A stretch of 59,745 bases of DNA, the filler included, from Nemertoderma westbladi (taxonomy: Eukaryota > Animalia > Xenacoelomorpha): assembly GCA_032718475.1 (NCBI GenBank). It is 3 parts of 3 records of this genome, joined end to end, with 100 filler letters (N's around TTAATTAATTAA, not from the genome) between each part and the next. Parts side by side here need not be neighbours in the genome. Positions count along the whole stretch, not along the records: positions 1 to 17,507 come from JAUCBJ010003405.1; 2 more parts are not named here. The stretch is one strand, 5' to 3'. The first letter of the stretch is position 1; every line of letters begins with the position of its first letter. The notes under the pieces are model-generated. The model searched no databases. It was not told the origin of the DNA and worked only from the letters and a program-made list of their open reading frames with translations. Shown piece by piece: positions 1 to 11,988 of this stretch. The translations under genes and the position numbers were made by a program.

Positions 1-1899
1 ATATACCGGTACTTTCGTTTTGAAGGAAGCCGTGGTGGTCTTAAATCCCTTCTTGGAGTGCCTATTGATGCATCCATAGGGAAAGAGAGGGCCATCCCAG
101 CCACAAATAAACCATAATTAATATATTACTTTATTATATAATGTCTGAATTTACCGATATAATAGCTGATACAGTAATAAAACACCGTTAAAGGCATACC
201 GGTAGCTCCGGTAGAGACATTGACTGATTTGCTGATTGAATACTGGAATAAGGGAGGGGCAACCTCGATCAGTCACAGCCATTGACTGTCTTCAGCAGTG
301 CAGGATTAAGACTAATTGTATAGGCCTAAATTTTGAGGCATTTAGGCCAGGGGTATATAAATTAGCTCATGTTTAAGGATCTGTTTCTCCTGGCCTCCTG
401 GCTGCCTGGGTTGATGTTCTCGGTCCAAGACTTTCTTCTAGACTTCTTGTCTATTCTACTCTACTCTTGCTGTCTTGTCTATGTCTCATGTAGCTGTGTA
501 GACGACATGGAACTACTGAACTAGACATCTTCTATGACTGTATGACAATTTCAGAACAAAACAATTGTTTTTGAAAACAAATACAGAAATATGGGGGTTC
601 TACCGGTAGTATAGTATGTCAGACTCTTACTTTAACATAGTCTTGAATAGACTTAAAAAAAACGTTTTTTACTTTAATATAGCTGTAGGCTATAGGCCTA
701 CCTGATGCTGATGACCTGCATACCGTAAACCGTGTTGACTTCGAATATTTTGAGCAGTTTTGAAATGATTTCTAACTAACCATAGCACATCTGCACATAG
801 GAAGGCCATAATAACCAACCATGTTTTTACTGTTATAGCCTATCTGCCTATTGTAATATTCTGACATTGTGCTGCGGTATCCACTTTCATTTTCAAATGC
901 TTTTTCTTCGGCTTCGGCATTACCAGTATATTTTGTTAGTTGTTACAGTGTTAAGCCGAATTATACCCCCAAATGGCAGAATGGCAGAATGGGGTAACTT
1001 CGGATACATTTTATGTTTTAAAAACGAGCCCATGGTCATGACATGACAGCATGCTGGCATGAAAATGGCCAAGCCAAACCAAACTGTATATATATATCCA
1101 ATGTCAGAATGTAACAATCCATATTCCATTCCATAGGCCTAGGCGCTGTCAGGCTGTATGCTGGTACCGGCCGGCCCTATTGAAAAGTTTTACATGTACG
1201 CCGAGCACGTTCGGCGCAGCACTAGAACTTGCGCCGGGAGCTGGCGCAGAAATGTGCTACGCCGGGCAATGAGCCGAAAGGGTCGGCGCAGAGATGTGCT
1301 ACGCCGGCGTAGCCGGCGGAGCACTGACAATGATAGAGATGCTGCGCTCGGCGCAGCAGGCGTCGAAATATTCCCAGCGTCGTCGCTGCAGAAATTGACC
1401 CGGCGCCGGAGCAGGACACAGGAATCAGCCCAGCACACCCGGCGTGCATATTTCTGTATTTGCCTGGCGCAGAAATCAGCCGAACCTAGCACCAGGCAGA
1501 CAGTGAGACTGAGACAGCACGACAACAGACATGCGTTCATCAGGATCAGACCAACAGCACAGCAACACAATAACAACTGGCCATACAGGACTGCAGGAGG
1601 CAGAATGGAAACTCACACTGTACACTGGCTGACTCAAACTGGTCATTTATTTACGTATTTAACCTTATGCTGTTAGGAAGTAGGCAGGTAGGCTATCACA
1701 GTTCCAGCTATCATCTCATCAGTCATTATTGCTATTGGTCAGTCAGTTTATTTATTTACATGCTGTATTGTATGAGCTATATTTATATTACAGTATTATA
1801 TTATTTGGATGGAGACTTATACAGTTATACTATGGCACTATTAATAATGAAACAATTTATTAGGCCTACTGAAACACAGGCCTTACTGGCTGACCGGCT

Positions 1900-2095
1900 G
1901 ATCTAGACGCTAGTGGAATGGTGTAACCATTGGAAATTGCAGTTCAATGACTCCAAGTGCAAGGTCATGCATCTAGTTTCTAGAAATCCCCAAGCAACTT
2001 CTGAACTTTACACAATGAATGGACGTACACTTTTTCGGCAACCGAGGAACGTTATTTTGGAATTTCATTTACAGCAGACTTGTCCTTTAAGGTGA
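1900..2095 (+). pseudogene. CR1/L2-clade LINE reverse transcriptase C-terminal fragment
   Basis: Translation EWCNHWKLQFNDSKCKVMHLVSRN...YTMNGRTL matches the W-x-(M/L)-x-FN-x2-KCKVMHLG motif of CR1 ORF2. (ATCA)n microsatellite at ~2205-2229 downstream. Confidence 0.7.
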
Positions 2096-3109
2096 ATTAT
2101 ATTTTAATTTGTTTTGTGAACTACCGGTACTGTTTATTTAAATATTGTCTGTAAATTGTGTGCGGTCATTCTGGAACAAAATATAAGAGCCCTTACAGGC
2201 TCACATCAATCAATCAATCAATCAATCAAACGTAGTACATAAATACAAGGACTAGGAGTACTAGACTAGTAGTCTTTAATATTCTTTCTATAATTCATAA
2301 TCATATTGTAACATTTGAGTAATTTCAAAAAATGTACACCCTACTTGACAACAAAAATTAACATGCAGTGTTTCTTAAGTAGTTGTTTCGTAATGTTACA
2401 CTTTTGGAATAAAACAACGCAACTACTGTACTTGTTGCACTTGTCTTTATTAAGGTTTTCCGTTTCTGTATCCTTATTTTCATTTCACCCACCTACAACT
2501 TTCGTTCGTTTAAGTAACAACTCGTATTAGTACAATTTCCAAAAGTGCTACTTTACAAACAAATGCCAATACCATGCTGCCATGAATACTTATTAATGGC
2601 ACGCTGTACCTGATGATTTAGTTTAACATGCAAGAAATAATAATTATTAAAACCATATAAAGTTTAATATATGTGGCGGTGAAAGCGAAAAGGTACCTTA
2701 AGGTGAAAATGTCGTTTTGAGAAAATCGCACTTAAAGAAAAATTAAATTTTCAAGTCAAAATTTTCAATTTCTTCCCCATACTTTTATTTTGGTATCTTA
2801 TTATTACTTGTTTTGGAACGAACATAAGTTTGTCGAATTCGAATACAATACGATATCATGCAGTATTTAAATGAATACAGTACATGTTTCTTCTAGGTAC
2901 CATCAACTCAAGACAGGGGCGGAGGGAGGGGGGGGGGGGGGGATATGTTTCATTACATACGTCATACATATTTTATAAATTACATACAGTACTATATGCA
3001 GCTGCAGTATAATAGATAACAAAATAAACTAGGCCTTTGTACTGTACAGTATATCAGCCAGATTTTATATTTTATGTTTTATACCAGTCAGCCCGGTGCA
3101 GCTTTGAAG

Positions 3110-3325
3110 AGCCGGCGGAATATTTTTCACCCGGCGCAGCATTTTGCATTGCACAGAGCCAGCGCAGGATTTTTGCACCCGGCGTGATTTTGCACAGAGC
3201 CGGCGCAAGATTTTTTGCACCCGGCGTGGTTTCGTTCAGAGCCGGCGCAGGATTTTTGGCACCCGGCGTGGTTTCGCTCAGAGCCGGCGCAGGATTTTTG
3301 GCACCCGGCGCCGCGTTCGGCGCAG
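3110..3325. repeat. ~42-bp GC-rich tandem repeat (subterminal array of the 1167-3355 element)
   Basis: About 5 degenerate copies of the unit CAGAGCCGGCGCAGGATTTTTGGCACCCGGCGTGGTTTCGCT. A related GCGCAG-rich tract lies at ~3550-3725. Confidence 0.85.
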
Positions 3326-4325
3326 AAAATAAAACTTTTCAATAGGGCCGGCCGGTGTGCTGGTATGTATAGATCTGCAGATGTATGTCAGTACTGCTGT
3401 ACTGCAGGCAGTACCGGTATGTAGGCAGTCAGGCAGTAGGCCTCCCGGTCAGCCGATAGCCCTACAGTCAGACAGTACATTCTATTCTGTGCTAATGACC
3501 ATAAAAAACATATAGGCTTAGCAGCCTAGGCCCGTCTGCTAAGTAGGGCATGTACGCCGAACGCGTTCTGGCGTTCGGCGCACAATTTTTTCCAGAATTT
3601 AGAGCAGGCGCAGAAAATTGACAGCGCGGCGCCGCGCAGGCGCAGGCGCAGAAAATTCAGAGCAGCAGAGCGCGGCGCCGCACGGCGCAGGCGCAGGCGC
3701 AGAAAATTAATAGCGCGGCGCAGACTTCTCGAACAACTGAATTGGCAATTGGCAGATTGGTGCGAGATAGAGATAGGCCTACTGCCTACCGTACCAGTAT
3801 ACAATCATACAATTTTAAAGTACCGGTAATAGTTGGTAAATGCTTGTACGGTAGATGGTGGCCAGGCGACCAGGACAGACCGGGAAGACCCATTATACTG
3901 CACACACGGCTGCACGGGTTTGACTTTTCCGCTAACTGGCGTAGATGTAGCCTATGCCAGTATGCGTAAGCTAGGGAATGCAGTTTCGCTTAGGTAGGAA
4001 TTGGAATTGTTTAATTGACATCAAAATATAGGAAGAAAGTGAAACTAAATAAAAACGAACATTACCGGTCAGCCGGTATAGATAAAAACCAATATACAGA
4101 TATAGTAACTGTAAGTGTACTGTAAGAATATAGATTGGGCTAATTATACTGAGACGGTGAGAACATAAGATACCGATACAAACTTGGAATACACAGAAGT
4201 GCCAAAGTATAGGCCTACTATGTAAATAAATATTAATCTCGAATATGGTGTAGTTATAGTTACGTGCACCGGTAGATCAAAATATAGGGAGAAAGTGAAA
4301 CTAAAACAAGAGCGATACAAGAGCG

Positions 4326-7133
4326 GGCATTTCTTCAAACAAACCGCCCATTGATTGACAGCCAACTAGTAGCGCCTCTCTGCTGGAGATCGCTGCCCAG
4401 CTCTGCTTTAGGCTTTTAGCCGCAGTCCAGTTAGTTAGACTTGGTTTCTCTGTTCGGAGTTCAACCAAATATTGCCTCCTATATCACCATTGAAACGTAG
4501 CCTATAGATCTACATTGAGGTGCCAACCCTCCGGCCCAAAACGGAACACACAAACTCCTGACTAGAGTCTGAGTGGAGTTTGTGTTATCACTAGTCCAAT
4601 GCAGTGCCAAAAAGTCTGCCAAGATTGGAAAGACTAATTTGCTATCAGCTTGTCGCAGTCCAGTGCCCAATACGAACCTGAGAATTTAAGTAGAACTACA
4701 GTTTAATCCGAGTGAATCAAGTTGCTGGGAGCCGAACTCTGAACAAAGAAATCAAGTCTAACTAACTGGACTGCGGCTAAAAGCCTAAAGCAGAGCTGGA
4801 GCAGCAATCTCCAGCAGAGAGGCTACTAGTTTGCTGTCAATCAATGGGCGGTTTGTTTGAAGAAATGCTGCCCCGCACTAAACTTTGAATGTAAATTAAA
4901 TCAACGCTAAAGCCCGTTATCTATTCACACTCTCTACATCGATCTATTTATCTACAATGAAATTACATACCAAATATTAATTAAAAATTCTTTTTAGTTT
5001 TTCACTTTTTGAAAAACTACCATATAGGCCCGTTGCCATGGCTCCCAGTGAACCTAAATAAATTTTGAGAGTTGATTAATTTGATTAATTGATTCATTTA
5101 TGAATTCCTTCAAACAGTTCTAAAAAACGAAACTTTTGCACGAATTCGAAATGACTGCGTGTCTTTTCCCCCCACTACTACAAGACAGCTTAGCGAATTT
5201 AATTCATTAATCTATTCTAAACTATTCTAAGAAATATGATGATATGAATTATATTAATGTATACAAACTGCGAGCAGCAGTGACTCAAAGGAATGAGGCT
5301 TAAGCGACAGTTTTTGATTGTTTTATAAAAGTTTTAAGTTTTATATAAGTAATATAAGTTTTATAAACAATCAAACGCTGTTGCTTAATCCTAATTCCTT
5401 GAAAACTTTACCGCAAAACCAAATAATATAAATGTTAAATGTCTAACCGAGAGGTTAATATACTTTTTAATCATAAAAGATCCAAGTTGAAATTAAAATG
5501 TTAAATAACGAGATGCGGGTATGTTTAATTTGTTTACCTTTACTGGAGTCACAGCTTATAATAAAACGGGATAATCAAATTATTGTCTCATGCTCAGTCG
5601 TCAGTCTGACTTGTTGGCAACTAATTCGAATGTAATTGTTATTATCGATATTCGATAAATAAGTATTGGAAATTAACACTCTTCTTATTATAACTGTAAT
5701 GTAGTAGAATTTTAGTAGTACTGTATAAAAACGTTATTGAAACTCTTTGCAATTGCCGTAGCACTGTCGAGTTTGAAGAAAAGGTGCTGGAAATGTGTGG
5801 GTCTTGGGACACATTAGAACTGGAAGTCAAACAAGTAGCTTCATTATCTGGCTAGGTTAAATTGTATTTATATATTTATATATATTTATAATTAAATGCA
5901 ATTTAAATTCGTTATATTGAGCTTAATTTATATCGCCCTAGTGTGTGTTATACATAATAATGTACGAACAGTCGTACATGTGTTATATAAATATATTTTA
6001 TCCGCGCCCTTGTACTGGTCAAATTATATTACATAATTAAATGCAATTTAAATTGCGTTATATATTGAACTTAATCTATCAGATAGAGATGGCTGCACCA
6101 GGTATCTGCACCACTGTCTGCACCACTATCTGCACCAATGTCTACACCACTGTCTGCACCACTATCTGCGCCACTGTCTGCACCACTGTCTGCACCAGTG
6201 TCTGCACTAATGCCTGCACCAGTGTCTGCACCACTGTCTGCACCACTGTCTACACCAGTGTCTGCACCAGTGTCTGCACCACTGTATGCACCAGTGCCTG
6301 CAACACTGTATACATCAGTGTCTGCACCACTGTATGCACCACTGTCTGCACGAGTGTCTGCACCACTGTATGCACCACTGTCTGCGCCAGTGGTAGCACC
6401 ACTGTCTGCACCACTGTCTACACCAGTGTCTGCACCACTGTCTGCACCAGTGTCTGCACCACTGTCTGCACCAGTGCATGCACCACTGCATGCACCAGTG
6501 TCTGCACCACTGTATGCACCACTGCATGCACCAGTGTCTGCACCACTGTATGCACCACTGTCTGCACCAGTGTTTGCACCACTGTCTGCACCACTGTCTG
6601 CATCACTGTCTGCACGAGTGTCTGCACCACTGTATGCACCAGTGTCTGCACCACTGTCTGCACCACTGTCTGCACCACTGTCTGCTTAACGTTTACACCC
6701 TATTATTACTTATTATTTATCTTATATTAGACTTATTGTATTACAAGTTTAAATTTATGTTAAAAACGTAACAAAATTATGTATTTTCAAATCATAATCT
6801 ATGTTAACATAACGAACTTGAGAATTTAAGTAGAACCGAAAGTTTAATCCGAGTGAATCAAGTTGCTGGGAGCCGAACTCTGAACAGAGAAACCAAGTCT
6901 AACTAACTGGACTGCCGCTAAAAGCCTAAAGCAGAGCTGGAGCAGCGATCTCCAGCAGAGAGGCGCTACTAGTTGGCTGTCAATCAATGGGCGGTTTGTT
7001 TGAAGAAATGCCGCCCCGCACTAAACTTTGAATGTAAATTAAATCAACGCTAAAGCCCGTTATCTATTCACACTTTCTACATCGATTTAATTATCTACAA
7101 TGAACTTACATACCAAATATTAATTAAAAATTC
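4326..7133. repeat. Dispersed repeat in three local copies (one inverted, two direct)
   Basis: 4326-4462 is the reverse complement of 4734-4868 and of 6875-7012. 4672-4990 and 6812-7133 are ~320-bp direct repeats. Confidence 0.85.
6104..6686 (+). repeat. 12-bp minisatellite (TGCACCACTGTC)n
   Basis: About 48 units with ACT/AGT and GTC/GTA variants. Produces the stop-free (CTTV)n, (SAPL)n and (CLHH)n ORFs in the track. Confidence 0.95.
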
Positions 7134-7915
7134 ATTTGTACAGGCACTTTTAAAAAACGACTTTTTGACATTTTTGCTAAATTAAATTAATTATAAAAAC
7201 GCTTATATTGATAATTGATGTTTATAATAAATATAATCTGGTTTATAAATAGTGTATGTATAAAGTTGCCGCAATGCTTGGTTAATTATCTAATTCTGAA
7301 GTGAATAAAATTAACTATTAAATTGGGGTATATTATTGGAAAATATAAAATATGACCAAATTAAAGTAAAAAATAAAATTGGTTTTAAAAATTGTTGTTC
7401 TTCGGGCTTTCAGTAGCAAACAGTACTACTCATATATTATAATTTGATGTGTGTTTGAAATCCTGGGGACTATGTACACCAAAGTTACATCAAGTTTTAT
7501 TTTTGAAAATATTGAATTTTATTAAAAACACGAAATTTAAAATGGCCATAACTTCGGTTCTAATGAACCAAATTTGCTGAAATTTTCAACATAACTTAAT
7601 AATAGCAATATCGTCAGACCCTGTAAATTTGGTAAAGATCGAATCATTTTAAAAAAATGAGTGCCACCGAGATTTGTCGAATTTGAATGGAATCACTCCT
7701 ACGTAAGTTTAAAATACAAATATAAAAACGAATAGTAAATCAAAAATAATAAATAAAAAAATAACCTAGTCAATCTGAATAAGATTAAGATCAAAATAAA
7801 TTAAAATGAACGGTAAAAGTAATGATTTGAGACCCCTAGAACATCCTATCATTATGTAAGATATGAATAAAAATACGAATGAAGGTCGTAAGAATAAGAT
7901 GGGTGTCTACATAAA

Positions 7916-8175
7916 AGTATGTCAGTATGTCAGTATGTCAGTCAGTCAGTCAGTCAGTCAAACCCAAATTCTTCCCCCTAATACTACAAAGTAGAGACGA
8001 AAATCTGGATCGTCAGCCCCCTAATACTGTAACAGCGGCTGGTCCCCGGTCCTCAACTGACTAGCCCCGACTGCAACGGTGGCCCCCCGCCACCGTTGCC
8101 CCGCCTTGGATCCTCTGCACTCCCTTCCATCGCTTCCCCCCGGTGCGCTTGTCGCGCCTACCGGTACTTTAGCCC
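7916..8175. repeat. (CAGT)n microsatellite followed by a GC-rich hairpin; possible Helitron/SINE-like remnant
   Basis: (AGTATGTC)n then (AGTC)n at 7916-7960. Perfect 11-bp stem GCAACGGTGGC/GCCACCGTTGC at 8073-8099. Confidence 0.4.
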
Positions 8176-8440
8176 TCCGTGTTAGAACAAATAGCTACCG
8201 TATCGGTGCATGCATTCGCAAAACGGTATGACAGTCTAAAGGGAATCCCTTAGGATTATCGCATCCCAATCACATAGAAATCAGTAATTAAATGTAGAAA
8301 TCATAGTTCGAGATTGTAATTAGCAGTAACCATCATCAAATTTACGTAATTTAAGAAAAAACAGCAAAGAATTTAAATCAGAAATAACACAGAAGCAGAA
8401 TAAGGAATTATACAGAATAATTGCGAGAAGTGTAAAAAAA

Positions 8441-11114
8441 TTACATTGACAAGAAGAAAAATTGCAGTAGCACATACCTGAAACACAGCCAATTTATAGA
8501 TGATGAAATAGGGATGACGCAATAATCGTATGATTGGTTTATATTGGATTCGATATATTTCAGGTCATCCTCCAGGAATGTCATGTCCAAATTCCAATGT
8601 ACTAAACGGCGGTAGTCCATAAATGTTTCCAAATTGGAAGGTGGACGCGGACTAGCTTCTATGGTCACAATATTGTAAGGTTTTTTTTTAAATGAGTTCA
8701 GTTTTACTAAAGAGTCCAAATGCTGATGTAAAGTTTATAATTCCACGAGGTCCAAAGGATTTACTAGCGGTAGTGTTAGCTTATCCAATTCCACTAACCA
8801 ACCCATAAAGTGAGGTTTAAGCAATATTGGGGAACACGAGGGTAATCAATCAACCTCGTGTCACCCCAACAAAGTGGGAAGGAGAAACATACGCACAATA
8901 GGGGTCAGGGGTTACACCCCTGAGAGAGAGAGAATAGCAGGGGTGAAGGGAGGCACTTCAGGGGAGGTAAAAGGGCGACAACAGGGTTATTAGCCAATCG
9001 GGGGAAGGCACCGGCTGAGTAACATAACTTGGCCAACCGTGCAATATATATTATCAGTACAGCTATCATTTAGTCAGTGTATCATTTAGTCGGTGTGTCA
9101 TTTAGTCAGTGTATAGTTAGGTTAGTTTAGCTAGGGAAGTACCGGGACTTTAATCACCGTCACCCGTCTTCCGTTTACCATCAACATTATATTATCAATT
9201 CTGTGTATCATTTATTCATTTTATACTATTATACCCGGAGGACTATATACAACGATCAATAAACTCTTTCACCTTTCACACACGGCGGGGACGCGTAGAT
9301 TGAAAACCGGATAAACCGGGATCCTCCGTGGATCCCGTCACAGGTAGAAATTGCATATCCTGTCCGGGGTGCTTGGGTTGTATTATGTAGTGTTGCTTGA
9401 GCATCATGAAGCGAGGATGGTCTTTGATCCCATAAAAGGGGTAGTGTAGAGGGCGACACAATACGTTTATTCCATGGACCTTTTCTCGAATCACGTCAGC
9501 TCGAGTGCGAGAAGGAGGAACTAGTTTGCCATCTACACGCAGTGGTTCCAGTATAATCGTTTTTAACACTGGGACATCAGCGATGGCGCAGGTGGTTTCG
9601 GCGGATTCACCGAAGATACACGGCTGTTTAGTGCCGAAAACCTTGTGCTGCATGGAAGGGTGGACATAGCGTTTAGGCTGGAAGCCTTCCATTAAGGACT
9701 GAACATAAGGTTGGTGATAAGCGGTAAGATTGGCATCCTCCAACGCTATTGCTTCCTCCTCACGCCATTCTTTCTCCTTAGCTTCGGCTTGGAGATTCAA
9801 GAGAAAATCCGAGAAGGATTGTAAGTCTCCTTTGGCGATACGGGTTCTCAACGTGTTGATTTCCGGTTGAAACGTGATGTTGTCCATAGCCTCCAACAAA
9901 GCGAGCTCCGTTAATAAGGTACCAGATGGAGTCGTGGATAAACGCACATGAATGCCGGCTAGACTGGACGACATTATTAACTGGGTGCTTTCGTCGCGAG
10001 GAGGTATAACTACACCTGGTGTCAACTGTTCGCCTGGCGTTATGGCTCTAGTTGTCATAAATCCTCTTCCGAGTCCGGGTGGGATCAGGGGAGTTATCAC
10101 CGGTTCCTCTCGAGGAATCAGCTGTTCTGGTAGAACCATATCTAAATATTCGGAATAGTCCTCGTCTAGGGGGCCGAAATCTTGAGGCAGGACTGGGGAC
10201 AGTTGGAACTTGGGAGCTGGAGGGCGCACTGAAAAACGCGGGACATCAGCGGGCAGACGCTCCATTCTGCACAGTTTCTTTAAGGCTCGTTCATCAATAC
10301 CGAATAGATCGCGCTCATACCCTCCATATGTGAAACGCGTGTAGCAATGTTTACGACAGCGTTCACGGGGGTGGTTGACCAGTCGACCCAATCGCGCGTG
10401 GTCATTGTGGTATACCTGCTGGTTGGGATGCGGACAATCATCGCAATAATACCATAATTTAAAGTCCTGGCGACTCACGTGCGGGGATCGAGCGCCGGTT
10501 TTACAATATTCTTCCATAGCGTCGAAACCGTCCAGTAGCACAGGTAAAGGTCTACTTGCAGTCAAATACATCTTTGTATGATATAAATGTTTAAGCTCCG
10601 CTATCGGGTCGGCGTGAATACCTTTGGGATAATGAGTTGTTTGAGTTTGGGCCGCCACTATATTTAAATAAGTTTCTCGAAGAAACGTGATTATGTCCTC
10701 GAATTTAGCCGCGTTAACGCTGGTTTCTGCGTCGTCCATCGACATGGTGTCTCGGATGGCGTCTTCCCTGCCCATTTGCGCGGTATCCTCCCATTGTCTC
10801 TGTACATGCTAGCGCCACATTTCCATGTCTTGTCACTCATGAACATCTTCTGAGTATATAAGATCGCTCGGGTGTCCAGATATGACAAACGGTTTGTAAG
10901 ATCCATCTATATTAGTATACTTGTCCATAAAGGCGCGGTAATGTAGCCGCTCGGATACCTCTACTGGGGACATTAAAGGTGCTGTATACTGTTGCTGTAC
11001 TCCAGGTGTCAACAAATCATCCATCATCTCTCGCATACCTCGACGATATTCCTCTGAAAGTTTTTGTCGCTGTATTTTAATATTATCCATTGGATCATCA
11101 TTAGAAGTATCCAT
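8441..11114 (-). pseudogene. Reconstructed ~700-codon accessory ORF of unknown function downstream of the BEL/Pao integrase
   Basis: Track ORFs 10833-11147, 9276-10775 and 8441-8719 fall in one frame once the solo LTR 8774-9342 and one TSD copy are removed (...GQDMQFL-P-LVNPLDLVEL*TLHQHLDSLVKLN...). Three internal stops remain: TGA 10835-33, TAG 10811-09, TAA 8737-35. Confidence 0.75.
8774..9342 (+). mobile_element. Solo LTR (569 bp) with 5-bp TSD
   Basis: Begins TGTTAG and ends GTCACA. GGTAG is duplicated at 8769-8773 and 9343-9347. CCAAT, a TATA-like CAATATATATTA and AATAAA (~9258) occur in the expected U3-R-U5 order. Homologous 3' ends at 18701 and 44886. Confidence 0.85.
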
Positions 11115-11696
11115 TGTTATTATTGTAAGAAACAAATATGTTATCAACCCAACAAAGGCAAACCAAAGTTAATGATTGTTATAGTTATCAAGGTTCGCGC
11201 GGGTCGGCAATGGCAAGCCGCCCTATTTCCCCCAGCCCGACACGCACCCGAGCTGCCCCTGGCCACGTTAGCGCCGCTATGCCAATTCCCTATCCAACAG
11301 GCGTGGATGAACGGGTGGATGACGCAATGGCTAACGCGCAGGAAAAGCTCAAGGCCGGTCTTATCCAAGGGCTATTCGTCGGGGTAACTAATATCGCAAT
11401 GTAATTGCAGTTAGTCAGCAATAAGGCTTCGGTTCGCTACAGTAAATACACGTAGAGTGTAGAGCACAATATCACAACACGTTCCGGTTGACTGGTATGA
11501 AATGTTTATCACAAATCTACCATTTCCCGAATGTTGATATTGGTTTCCATGGAAACTCACTAAATATATTTAAAGATATTAAATTTAGCAAATACAATAA
11601 ACTCTAGAACTTTAATAAAAAACAGGGGTTGCGCGAGCGACACACCAGCGTCCCAATGTTCTAAATTAATTATTAATTTATCGAAGATCAACATTC

Positions 11697-11988
11697 TAAT
11701 ATTGTTGGGGGAGTTTGATCTTTTACAGGTGACACAAAATTAAAGTTATACCAAATATTTCGGCCTACAGGCCTTTATCAATGGATTTATAGGTATTATT
11801 ATATACACGTAAAACACACCAACGTTGGTGTGTTTTACGTGTATATAATAATACCTATAAATCCATTGATAAAGGCCTGTAGGCCGAAATATTTGGTATA
11901 ACTTTAATTTTGTGTCACCTGTAAAAGATCAAACTCCCCCAACAATATTATGATTACCCCGGTGACCTGGGCACGGAACTACCTTATT
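11697..11988. mobile_element. Penelope-like element remnant: inverted pseudo-LTR pair plus 38-nt tail
   Basis: Perfect spacer-less palindrome 11697-11950 centred on AACGTT, followed by a 38-nt extension. 13-bp TSD AAGATCAACATTC at 11684-11696 and 11989-12001. Hammerhead-like motif in each arm. Confidence 0.8.
11863..11896 (+). ncRNA. Variant minimal hammerhead ribozyme motif (mirror copy on minus strand at 11751-11784)
   Basis: CCA-TTGATAA-A-GGCC-TGTA-GGCC-GAAA-TATT-TGG gives a UUGAUAA/GAAA variant of the CUGANGA/GAAA core, with a 4-bp stem II and a short stem I. Confidence 0.5.

Larger units (their letters stand above)
1167..3355. mobile_element. Non-autonomous TIR DNA transposon, MULE/foldback-like
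   Basis: Perfect inverted repeat CCGGCCGGCCCTATTGAAAAGTTTTA at 1167-1192 and 3330-3355. Flanked by a 10-bp near-duplication TATGCTGGTA (1157-1166) / TGTGCTGGTA (3356-3365). GC-rich CCGGCGCAG subterminal repeats at both ends. A 9-11 bp TSD is typical of Mutator-like elements. Confidence 0.7.

Noticed and set aside
700-730. CTGATGA hits outside 41595 as hammerheads
   Set aside because: No downstream stem II-GAAA-stem III arrangement.
1158-1676. Arg-rich and Cys-rich ORFs on both strands
   Set aside because: They arise from GC-rich subterminal repeats of the TIR element and show no domain motifs.
7560-7698. Possible Sola-like terminus (GAGTGATTCCA on the minus strand)
   Set aside because: Only one end was seen, with no partner TIR or TSD.
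9276-9342. C-terminus VTGSTEDPG... shared with ORF 44823-45005, suggesting a protein family
   Set aside because: Both are antisense read-through into the same LTR terminus.
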